A stretch of 64,000 nucleotides of DNA from an uncultured Microbacterium sp. (GTDB lineage: Bacteria > Actinomycetota > Actinomycetes > Actinomycetales > Microbacteriaceae). Positions 51,347-59,205 of this stretch are shown piece after piece; the stretch's first letter is position 1, and each line of letters opens with the position of its first letter. The notes beneath the pieces were generated by a model. That model saw only the letters and a list, made by a program, of their open reading frames with translations, had not been told where the DNA came from and did not search any database. The stretch is from the NCBI GenBank assembly GCA_964616805.1, contig CAZTUC010000014.1:2718-66717 (forward strand). The letters run 5' to 3'. The translations under genes were made by a program, and so were the position numbers.

Positions 51347-51562
51347 CTAGTCGTCGTTGGGGGTGATGTCGTCTTCGGCGCCGGCGAACCAGAAGTGCAC
51401 TTCGGTTGGGCCGTCGTGGGGCCCGGTGTTTTCGGCTTCACCCTTGCGCAGGTAGATAACCTGTGTTTCGGCGTACGGGACGATGAGTTTGTCTTCTTCG
51501 GGCTTCTCGAGAGGCAGAATCTGGCCGTCGAGCGGGCCACCGTGGTAACGAGCGAGTGTCAT
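51347..51562 (-). CDS. Small acidic hypothetical protein
   Basis: ARYHGGPLDG N-terminus; start overlaps the peptidase stop (ATGA). Confidence 0.7.
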   Translation of the reverse strand: MTLARYHGGPLDGQILPLEKPEEDKLIVPYAETQVIYLRKGEAENTGPHDGPTEVHFWFAGAEDDITPNDD

Positions 51563-52104
51563 ACTCCAACGATAGTCGCAATGCTCGTTTCGTGTGCTGT
51601 AGCCACTCCGATCACTGCCCCCATCATCATGAACGGGCCAAATGCGATCAAGGTGTCACGGTTGGCGCGCCCAAACACCATTGCGCTCACCGCCCAGGTG
51701 CCGGCGAGAACAAATGCGCTCATTGTGCCAACCAGCAGCGGCACCCAGCCATGCCACGCCAGGACCATTCCCAGCGGAAAGGCAAGTTTCACATCGCCGC
51801 CGCCCATCCCCCGGGCGTTTGTCGCGCCCGATTCGGCGTGCGCGGTTGGACCCCGGTACAACAACCAGTACCCACCAAGAAGAACCCATCCGCCGAGAAG
51901 CGACCTCGTGAGCGTTGCCACATCGCCCCGCCAAATTGCATCTGCGAAGCACAAGAAAACAACCGCGAGCGCGGTCGGAAACACAATTCTGTTTGGGAGA
52001 CGGTGTTCGCGCGTATCAATCTCAGTCAGGATGAGTGCGACAACGAACAGCCCGCAATAGACCACGACGAGGACCGCGGTCGGTACGGATGCTGCGTCTG
52101 TCAT
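51559..52104 (-). CDS. A24 family prepilin peptidase (short form)
   Basis: IDTREHRLPN, MGGGDVKL and IAFGPFM aspartyl peptidase motifs; ATG 6 nt after TAGCCT. Confidence 0.88.
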   Translation of the reverse strand: MTDAASVPTAVLVVVYCGLFVVALILTEIDTREHRLPNRIVFPTALAVVFLCFADAIWRGDVATLTRSLLGGWVLLGGYWLLYRGPTAHAESGATNARGMGGGDVKLAFPLGMVLAWHGWVPLLVGTMSAFVLAGTWAVSAMVFGRANRDTLIAFGPFMMMGAVIGVATAHETSIATIVGV

Positions 52105-52171
52105 CCTTTGAGGCTAGGCGTTTGCGCACCGCCCCGCTTGCGCTTGTGGATAACTCCCATTCAGCTGGCCG

Positions 52172-53203
52172 TTACCGCGCACCATTGGCTTGGGCGGCCG
52201 CTAAGTAAGCGTCGAGTTGCTCCTTGTTCGCGTCAACAAACTGTTGCTCGAGATCGAGCCTGACCTTTCGCAGTTCGGCATCGTAATCGACCTCTTGTTT
52301 ACAATCCCAATCGGCCAATGCTTGCTTGATCTCGTCTTCGATCAACTGCACGATCTCTGCCGAATCACGCTGATGCCAAAGGTCTTGAAACGACGTGTAC
52401 TTCATCCCAAATTGCATTCTGGATTGCGACGGATCGGCAGCCTCATCAAATCCCGCAGTTGTCATACACTGCGCCCAACGATCATTCAGGGCAACGGTGC
52501 GCGGATCATCCTCTTCGTCGAAGACCAGCAATTGCCGTGCCGAGTTCAGTGCCTCAAACTCTTGCTCCCAGCTTCTGTCACCGCGGGCAGCCGTATCAGC
52601 CTCGTCCCAGCACGAAACCTGATCCGTGGGGCCGCCATATTCGCCATACATCGCGTTTTCGAACGCGATCTTGTCTTCGTCACTCAACGAATCGAAGTAC
52701 ACGTCATTTTCGCTGGCTTCAGGCTCCGGTCGATGTTTCAGCGGAGCAAAAAGGCCATAGCCGTTCTTCTGTACATACTCGCGAGTGCCACGTTCAATAC
52801 CCTCATCGTCCGGCCCAATCTGTGAAAAACTGGCTGGCTCAGCGAAGTACTCGAAACCGGCCGCGCTCATGCAGGTTACGAGGGTCGCCTCCCGCCTTTC
52901 GATTTCGGCGGTACGGGTAGCAATATAGTCTGCCTCGGAAATCTCTGGGCTTATATGCAGCAGATATGGCGTTAGCGGTGATTGGGCGTAAAAATCCCGT
53001 TGCGCTTGGGAGTACAGATACCTCTCTTCGCCGCCTTCGTCTTCGCTGACTTCGTTGTCAGTGTCGGATGTTTCGGGCGCCGCACCATTGCTGCTGGGGT
53101 CGTTCGATGTGGGGCTCCCCGTGCCGGGGGCCGTGCTGCTACACGCGCTCAGCACGAAAACGGATGCGAGGGTGAGCACACCAAGCTGGCTCACCCGCAT
53201 CAT
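52172..53203 (-). CDS. Uncharacterised lipoprotein with a duplicated CMxxAGF module
   Basis: Signal peptide ending LSAC, S/T/P/E linker, TCMSAAGF and QCMTTAGF; alternative start 53236. Confidence 0.75.
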   Translation of the reverse strand: MMRVSQLGVLTLASVFVLSACSSTAPGTGSPTSNDPSSNGAAPETSDTDNEVSEDEGGEERYLYSQAQRDFYAQSPLTPYLLHISPEISEADYIATRTAEIERREATLVTCMSAAGFEYFAEPASFSQIGPDDEGIERGTREYVQKNGYGLFAPLKHRPEPEASENDVYFDSLSDEDKIAFENAMYGEYGGPTDQVSCWDEADTAARGDRSWEQEFEALNSARQLLVFDEEDDPRTVALNDRWAQCMTTAGFDEAADPSQSRMQFGMKYTSFQDLWHQRDSAEIVQLIEDEIKQALADWDCKQEVDYDAELRKVRLDLEQQFVDANKEQLDAYLAAAQANGAR

Positions 53204-53373
53204 CAACGGTGTTCTTGAATCGTTTATCGCTTCCATGCACTGTATTGTGCGCCTCTCGCCCCTCGGCGTCTAGACCCATCGCAAGATTGACGTATCTTGA
53301 GGCGCTACCAATATGCGAACTCCGGCCGGCAACATACCCGCTTGAACCAGGGTTTCGCGCGTACGATTTGAGT

Positions 53374-54747
53374 ATGAGCCAGACGATAAGCAACACCCGC
53401 GGTGCGGCGCTTCGCGCGCTGGCATACATCCTGTGCGGCGCGGCACTGGCGTGGGTGCTTTTTATCGGTGGGCGGTACTGGGCGCAAGCGGGCGAGTACG
53501 CGTACGACACGGTCGGCGTGTCTGAGCGAATTCGCCCAAGCGACTACCTCACGATTGCAGCGATCGCCGCGCTCGGTCTCGGTGCCCTGATCGCCAAACG
53601 GCAGCTCGCGAAGATTCGTGCGGTTGACCGCGCGCGAAGTGAGCTTGTTGATGCAGTCACAGCGCTCACGCACATTGTGCTCGTCGTTGCTGCGGTGTTC
53701 GCGACGTGGGCGGTTTTCCTCACGTTCATGAGCAGCTTTTTTGATTCTTCTGTTCCCGGCGCAGCACCGCTCGTGCGCTTACTCAACGTGTACGTGCCGA
53801 TCGTGTTGTACACAGCGCTCGTGTTGTTGTTGATTCTGGCCGGGTTCGTTTTCGTGCCGGCACCTGTGGCATCCGTATCTCACAAACCGGCAACGCTGGT
53901 CGGCGCTGAGAGCGTCGGTGGGAAACGTGATCTCGCGCTCGCTTACATTGCCCCGATTGTTGCCGCAGCGGTCGCGCTCATTCTTGGGCTCATCGTGTAC
54001 GACCTCACGCGAACCGCTGTGCAAGCGTGGGTGTGGGTTGCGATTCTTGCGATTATCGCGGCTGGCGTTATCGCTGGCACCGTCTTTGCCGAGCGCAGCC
54101 GCAAGCAATCCGCGGCCGCCGCAACGATTGGTGCGCGCAATCTGAACTTCGTGCTGTCGATCATCTTCACGATCGTTGCGTCGATTATGTCGCTCACGTA
54201 CGCGATGTCAGCCGTTTCTGACTTGCGGGCTCTCTCGAGTATCTCAATCTCGGCGTTCGACGAGAAGTCTGACATCCGACCAGACGATGTGACCATCACG
54301 AAACAACCGATTGCGAACGCGTGGGGTTCGGATCTTGAGCGCGGCTCACAAGTACAAATCGTTGTTGAACCAGGGGCGACGGTCGTGGCCGAGGGCACGG
54401 TGGGTCGGGACCGGTGGCTCAATCTTGAAGCAAGTGATTGGGCAAGCGCGCTGTCGGCTGGCGATTACCAATTGCGAGCGATCGGTGTTGCCGCGAGTGG
54501 CGAAACGATCGAGTCCACACTGCCGTTCACGGTGCAAAGCAATGGTAACGTTGCATGGCCAAAAGGCACCGACAAAGCTTCCGAGCCGAAAGACTCGATC
54601 CTGCTCCCCCTGACCGTTGAGCGATTTGTCGATGACTTCTTGCCACCACTGTTGATGCTGGCCCTGGCGATGGCGGTGCTTGCCGTGACAATAACGGTGC
54701 GAAATCGCGAGCAACATGCTCTTGAAACCGGCGCGGTCGAGGAGTAA
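53374..54747 (+). CDS. Uncharacterised multi-pass membrane protein with a soluble beta-rich domain before the last TM
   Basis: About 8 hydrophobic segments; ATG 6 nt after TACGAT. Confidence 0.75.
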   Translation: MSQTISNTRGAALRALAYILCGAALAWVLFIGGRYWAQAGEYAYDTVGVSERIRPSDYLTIAAIAALGLGALIAKRQLAKIRAVDRARSELVDAVTALTHIVLVVAAVFATWAVFLTFMSSFFDSSVPGAAPLVRLLNVYVPIVLYTALVLLLILAGFVFVPAPVASVSHKPATLVGAESVGGKRDLALAYIAPIVAAAVALILGLIVYDLTRTAVQAWVWVAILAIIAAGVIAGTVFAERSRKQSAAAATIGARNLNFVLSIIFTIVASIMSLTYAMSAVSDLRALSSISISAFDEKSDIRPDDVTITKQPIANAWGSDLERGSQVQIVVEPGATVVAEGTVGRDRWLNLEASDWASALSAGDYQLRAIGVAASGETIESTLPFTVQSNGNVAWPKGTDKASEPKDSILLPLTVERFVDDFLPPLLMLALAMAVLAVTITVRNREQHALETGAVEE

Positions 54748-54801
54748 CCTGCGAAACACACTGCAACGGCGCAGGAACGACATTCGCTGAGGGGGAAAGC
54801 G

Positions 54802-56040
54802 ATGGTTGGGTTTCGCATTCACGACCGGATGTTCCGATCTGCCATTCTCCTCGCGCTGACTGCCCTTGTCATCTCTGCCTGCACTGCAACTCCTGAACCC
54901 GACGCGACTCAAGCCGAAGAGGCACAACCCCTCACCGCAGTCGTGACGGTTCTCGAGGGCTCGGTGCGCGTGACGGATGCCGCAGGCACCACGATCGATC
55001 CGCCAACTGACGGGAGCGAATTCGTCGTGCGAGAAGGCGATCGTGTGGTGGCGAGCGGCGACGATGCTCTGGTTGAACTTGCGTGGTCTGACGGCGCCAT
55101 CACGCGTATTGGGGCCGCGACGACGTTCACGATTGGGGGTATCGATGCGCTGGACACCGCACGCGGCGTGCAAGACGGTGGGCTCAGTTGGAACCGTGAG
55201 TCGGAGGCATCCGATGCTGAACCATACGGCGTACGCGTCGATGAATCGTTTGTGACCGATCGTGGCGAATACTTCGTCGTCGACTGCCGCTCACAATCGT
55301 GCCGCACCGTCGGCGTCGGGGGCGCCGGCGGTGACGGTTCCAAAACCACGTACCGCGATGCCGAGACAGAAACGGCTGTCACAGCGGGCATGCCAGCAAA
55401 CTGGGGTGAGTTGTTCAGCGACACCTGGGTGCAACGCAACGCGGAGCTCGATGAAGACGTCGGTTTCGCACCGGCAGCGGATGCTTTCATGAGCGCAGAC
55501 CCCAGCCGCGCGGTCTTGCTTGGCAACTACGACACCGTTCAAACGGTTGTAGACAGTGCATGCACCGGAGGTGCGTGTGCGGACTACGAGCTTCCCGTCC
55601 CGGTCGGGAAAGTCTCACAATCGGTCATGACGTTTGGACAGGATTGTTCGCGCGGCATCCCATGCTTGGCCACCGTGGAGGCAACGACAACAAGAGTGGT
55701 AGACCGGGTAGAGACCCGAGCCACCTATGATCTCGCTTTTGATGGGGCTGGCTATTCCTGGCGACTCTTTGAGAACACGGCAGTGTGCATTTGGACGTAC
55801 CCCGATGGGACGAAAGAAAACGTCGGAGCCGGCGATAACGTCATCACGTGGCAAGCGACGCCCACAGCGGCAGAGATCGTCGACGGACAATTTGTCGTGA
55901 CGAGCCTCACCGGCCAGGGAAGAAGCGAAGTGACCATCAGTGAGCCGATCGATCGCGGCATGTATCCGGGTTGTGAGTACTGGGAACTGCAATGGCATAA
56001 CGAAACGACAATGACGCTCGAGCGCCAGGTGAACCCATGA
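54802..56040 (+). CDS. FecR-domain lipoprotein with a Cys-containing C-terminal domain
   Basis: Lipobox ISAC; VTVLEGSVRV...EGDRVVA...VELAWSDGAITRIGAAT resembles FecR; GAGGGGG RBS. Confidence 0.65.
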   Translation: MVGFRIHDRMFRSAILLALTALVISACTATPEPDATQAEEAQPLTAVVTVLEGSVRVTDAAGTTIDPPTDGSEFVVREGDRVVASGDDALVELAWSDGAITRIGAATTFTIGGIDALDTARGVQDGGLSWNRESEASDAEPYGVRVDESFVTDRGEYFVVDCRSQSCRTVGVGGAGGDGSKTTYRDAETETAVTAGMPANWGELFSDTWVQRNAELDEDVGFAPAADAFMSADPSRAVLLGNYDTVQTVVDSACTGGACADYELPVPVGKVSQSVMTFGQDCSRGIPCLATVEATTTRVVDRVETRATYDLAFDGAGYSWRLFENTAVCIWTYPDGTKENVGAGDNVITWQATPTAAEIVDGQFVVTSLTGQGRSEVTISEPIDRGMYPGCEYWELQWHNETTMTLERQVNP

Positions 56041-57677
56041 GATCCGGTGGTGGGATCAGGATGCGCTGGGCAGCGCTGAGTGCTTTGGCACTTGCTCTAC
56101 TGGCGGCAAGCCCGGCGGCTGCCGATGATGCACCCGTCGGGTTCGGCGAAGCCGTATACACGGTGAGCGTCGCCGAAGTGAGTACCGGCCCCGAAGGCGA
56201 AACAGCAACCGAGCAGGTCGACGGCACTGTGCGGATTGCTTGTGCTGCGGACGGCTGTCGCGTTGTTGAAGAACCTCACCACGGGTTGCTGAATCGGATG
56301 GCGCTGAGCGCTGGTAGCACGATTACCGGTTCTGCATCCTCGTCGGCTGCCGCATCGGCGTGCCAGGAAGGAATTGGCGCCAGGCAGCTTTCGTTGAGTG
56401 CCACCGCTGCTGGTTTGAGTGCGTCAATGTCGCAAGATTCACTCGGCTGGAGCGACTGCGCCGACGGGCGCGAGGCGTATTCTCATGCGCGCGATGTCAC
56501 CTGGACGGGCACACTCGTTTCGGCTGATGATTGCGTTTTCTCCGTCGACGGATGCCTCGCATCAACCAGTCCGTGGGCGGGTATCCCCGGTGCCGATCCG
56601 GTTGCCCCGAGCATACTGAGTGCGCTGAATACCCCGCAGCAAACAATTACGACGCTGACGGCACCGCAAGTGACGGTGACTGCGCTCGGTACGATCATTC
56701 TCGCGCTGCTGATGAAGTATCCGACAACACTCATCAATAAGTCAGTCGACACGGGCGCAACACGCCTGGCGCAGTGGTGGCGCGGTCGACGTGCAGTATC
56801 CGATGATAATGCCGAGCCCGGTGATGGTGCCGAGCCTGCAACACCAAAAGAGCGCACCTGGACAAAGACGTGGTGGTGGGCGTCGATCGGCGTGCTGCTC
56901 GCGGCCGTTGTCTCGTCATTCGTGAACCCAAACTTTGGTTTTAACCCGGGTTCCGCACGGGTGTTTGTTTCGATCGCGGTAAGCTTTCTCGTCAACGTCA
57001 TCGCCGGCTGGGCACTTGTGATCTTGTTGATGAAGCGGTTCTTGCCGGATGCGACGCATGAGTTTCAGTTCAAGCCCGCGAGTTTGCTGGTGGTTGCGGC
57101 ATCCGTTTTGCTCACTCGTCTCACGGGGTTTGAACCGGGCATCATTTTCGGCGCGATCGCGGGCCTGTCATTTGGCGCGATAACCGGCAAGGCTGGCAAA
57201 GCACGCTCAGTGCTGATCGGCGCGGCATGGGCTTTTGGGCTGGCGATCGCGGCGTGGATTGTGTACGGATTTGTCGCCCAGTATTCCGGCACGTCAATGC
57301 CTGCAACGCTGCTTGTCGAAACCCTGACCTCACTGACGATCGGCGGCATTGTTGCGTTGCCGCTCGGGCTATTGCCCGTGCGCGGCATGGGTGGGCACGC
57401 AGTATGGCAGTGGAACAAGTGGGTCTGGACTGCTTGCTACGGCATCGGCTTGCTCGCGTTTTTCCTTATCCTCATGCCAATGCCGTTCTCGTGGCGCGAA
57501 GTTGGCTGGGACTTGCGCGCGTGGATCGGCGCATATCTGCTGTACGCCGGATTCGCCGTCATTTTGTGGCTCATCATGACCAGGCCGTGGCAGAAACCTG
57601 TCGCGGCCGACGATGCTGAAGGGGCTCCCGTGCAAGAAGACGAAGACGTGCCGCAGCCCGAGGTTGAGTTCGAGTAG
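56037..57677 (+). CDS. Membrane protein with an exported Cys-rich N-domain and FGLLP-type polytopic C-domain
   Basis: Signal peptide (AAA-D), Cys pairs, about 8 TM, FEPGIIFG and LGLLPVRGMGG; ATGA-coupled to the FecR gene. Confidence 0.7.
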   Translation: MRSGGGIRMRWAALSALALALLAASPAAADDAPVGFGEAVYTVSVAEVSTGPEGETATEQVDGTVRIACAADGCRVVEEPHHGLLNRMALSAGSTITGSASSSAAASACQEGIGARQLSLSATAAGLSASMSQDSLGWSDCADGREAYSHARDVTWTGTLVSADDCVFSVDGCLASTSPWAGIPGADPVAPSILSALNTPQQTITTLTAPQVTVTALGTIILALLMKYPTTLINKSVDTGATRLAQWWRGRRAVSDDNAEPGDGAEPATPKERTWTKTWWWASIGVLLAAVVSSFVNPNFGFNPGSARVFVSIAVSFLVNVIAGWALVILLMKRFLPDATHEFQFKPASLLVVAASVLLTRLTGFEPGIIFGAIAGLSFGAITGKAGKARSVLIGAAWAFGLAIAAWIVYGFVAQYSGTSMPATLLVETLTSLTIGGIVALPLGLLPVRGMGGHAVWQWNKWVWTACYGIGLLAFFLILMPMPFSWREVGWDLRAWIGAYLLYAGFAVILWLIMTRPWQKPVAADDAEGAPVQEDEDVPQPEVEFE

Positions 57678-57692
57678 AACACGGACGCCGAG

Positions 57693-58406
57693 TCACGACG
57701 ACGGCATGACTCCAGGAGGCGAGGGGCGAATGCCACCGGTGAGTGCAATCGCTTCGTAGTCGGTTATCGGAAGCATCCGCACGCCGTCGGGCGAGTGCAC
57801 ACTCGCCCGCACCAGCTGCGCATCTTCGTCGTTCGCATCGCCGAGCACCGCATCGATGTAGCTCCCGAGCGCACCCTGCTCGGCCGCGGTAAGTTGCCTC
57901 GGCGCAGGTTTCGGATGGCGCTGACTCAGCGCTGTGAGCAGCAGTCCGTGTACGCGCGGTAAGCCCTCGCCAAGCGATGCCTGAAAGTAGGGCACGTCAA
58001 GAGCGGTGGCACCGTGTCGTGCGTAAAATTCCAATCGCCTGGCGGGATCGCCGTGTTCTGGGTGAGCTGCAAAGACGTCGGGTCGCTCGATTTCGGCGAG
58101 CAGCACCTCAACTCGAGAAGCCCACCGCTCACGCGCCGCCGCCAAAAGTGCCGAACCGACGCCGTGTCCGCGACCAGCCGCACCAACTGCGAGCCAAACA
58201 ACTAACGCTGCCTCGCCAAAGCGCTCAATGACAATCGCTCCCCGCAGTTCGTCGTCGACGACGTCAACAAGAACCTCATATCTTCCAGATAGCGCGGCTG
58301 TTACGAAGTCATCGAGTGAGCCAAGCTCGATCGGCGAAAAACTCGAAGCCAGCACCGTCTCATAGAGCCGGTGCAGTGTTTCAGTTTCACTCGTCGGTTT
58401 GATCAT
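57693..58406 (-). CDS. GNAT-fold acetyltransferase-like protein
   Basis: WLAVGAAGRGHGVGSALL acetyl-CoA motif A and RRLEFYAR. Confidence 0.7.
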   Translation of the reverse strand: MIKPTSETETLHRLYETVLASSFSPIELGSLDDFVTAALSGRYEVLVDVVDDELRGAIVIERFGEAALVVWLAVGAAGRGHGVGSALLAAARERWASRVEVLLAEIERPDVFAAHPEHGDPARRLEFYARHGATALDVPYFQASLGEGLPRVHGLLLTALSQRHPKPAPRQLTAAEQGALGSYIDAVLGDANDEDAQLVRASVHSPDGVRMLPITDYEAIALTGGIRPSPPGVMPSS

Positions 58407-58426
58407 GCGAACTGCTTCCTGTCTAG

Positions 58427-58448
58427 TGTCAGAGGTTCGAACTAGCTT
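58427..58448 (+). promoter_or_regulatory. RecA-NDp / PafBC-type promoter of imuA'
   Basis: TGTCAG-aggttcgaac-TAGCTT fits TGTCRG-N10-TANNNT. Confidence 0.6.
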
Positions 58449-58468
58449 GATCGTACCAGTTGATTTAT

Positions 58469-58484
58469 TCGAAACTTCATTCGA
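58469..58484. promoter_or_regulatory. LexA SOS box
   Basis: TCGAAACTTCATTCGA versus the actinobacterial consensus TCGAAC-N4-GTTCGA (2 mismatches), 10 nt before the imuA' ATG. Confidence 0.7.
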
Positions 58485-58494
58485 GAATAGAAAT

Positions 58495-59205
58495 ATGAGC
58501 ACAGCAATCGATACGCGTTTAGCCGGTGACCCACGGTACGCCAATATTGTGCGCTTGCGGCGTGAAATTCAAGTCCGCGAGAATCCTTCGGCACACGCCC
58601 CGGTGCTGAGCCTCGGCGATGTTCTCAACCCGCTCTTTATTGACGGTGGTCTTCGCGCCGGTGCAAGCTATCGCCTCGAGCACACCCCCGCGCTGTTCGG
58701 CGCGCTCATCGCCGAAGCCACCCGCAAAGGCACCCGATGCGTTGTTATCGGCATGCCGCACTTGGGTCTGGAGTTCACCAGGCGACTCGGAGCAGATTTT
58801 GAACAGCTCATTTTGATTCCCGAGCCCGGCCGCAGGCTCCTCGATGTCATCAGCGCGGTCAGCGAGGTTGTTCCGCTCGTGCTTGCCTGCTCCCCCACAC
58901 GGGTGCGTGAATCGGATGCCGCACGGCTGAATTCTCGCTTACGTGACCGGGTTTGCACGCTGCTCATCACAAGCCCGTGGCCCGCAACCCACGCGCACAT
59001 CGCATGCGAAAACCCGCAACCGCGCGGGCTTGGCAAAGGGTGGGGCGCGATAACCGAACAACTCGTCACGATGACGGTGCAACATCGCAGCGGCGAGCAA
59101 CGCAGCGCACACGTGCTCTTACCGAGCAAAAGTGGTCGGCTCGAAGCGGCCCCAGAAGCTGCACCCCAACAGCCGTTTCGCCCTCGATTGGTGGCCTACC
59201 AATGA
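58495..59205 (+). CDS. imuA': ImuA' (RecA-like mutasome accessory protein)
   Basis: GGLRAG, GMPHLG, LILIPEPG and RLRDR motifs; SOS box upstream; coupled to imuB. Confidence 0.8.
   Translation: MSTAIDTRLAGDPRYANIVRLRREIQVRENPSAHAPVLSLGDVLNPLFIDGGLRAGASYRLEHTPALFGALIAEATRKGTRCVVIGMPHLGLEFTRRLGADFEQLILIPEPGRRLLDVISAVSEVVPLVLACSPTRVRESDAARLNSRLRDRVCTLLITSPWPATHAHIACENPQPRGLGKGWGAITEQLVTMTVQHRSGEQRSAHVLLPSKSGRLEAAPEAAPQQPFRPRLVAYQ

Noticed and set aside
52172-58406. Accessory block as a mobile element
   Set aside because: I found no integrase, transposase, tRNA target or flanking direct repeats.
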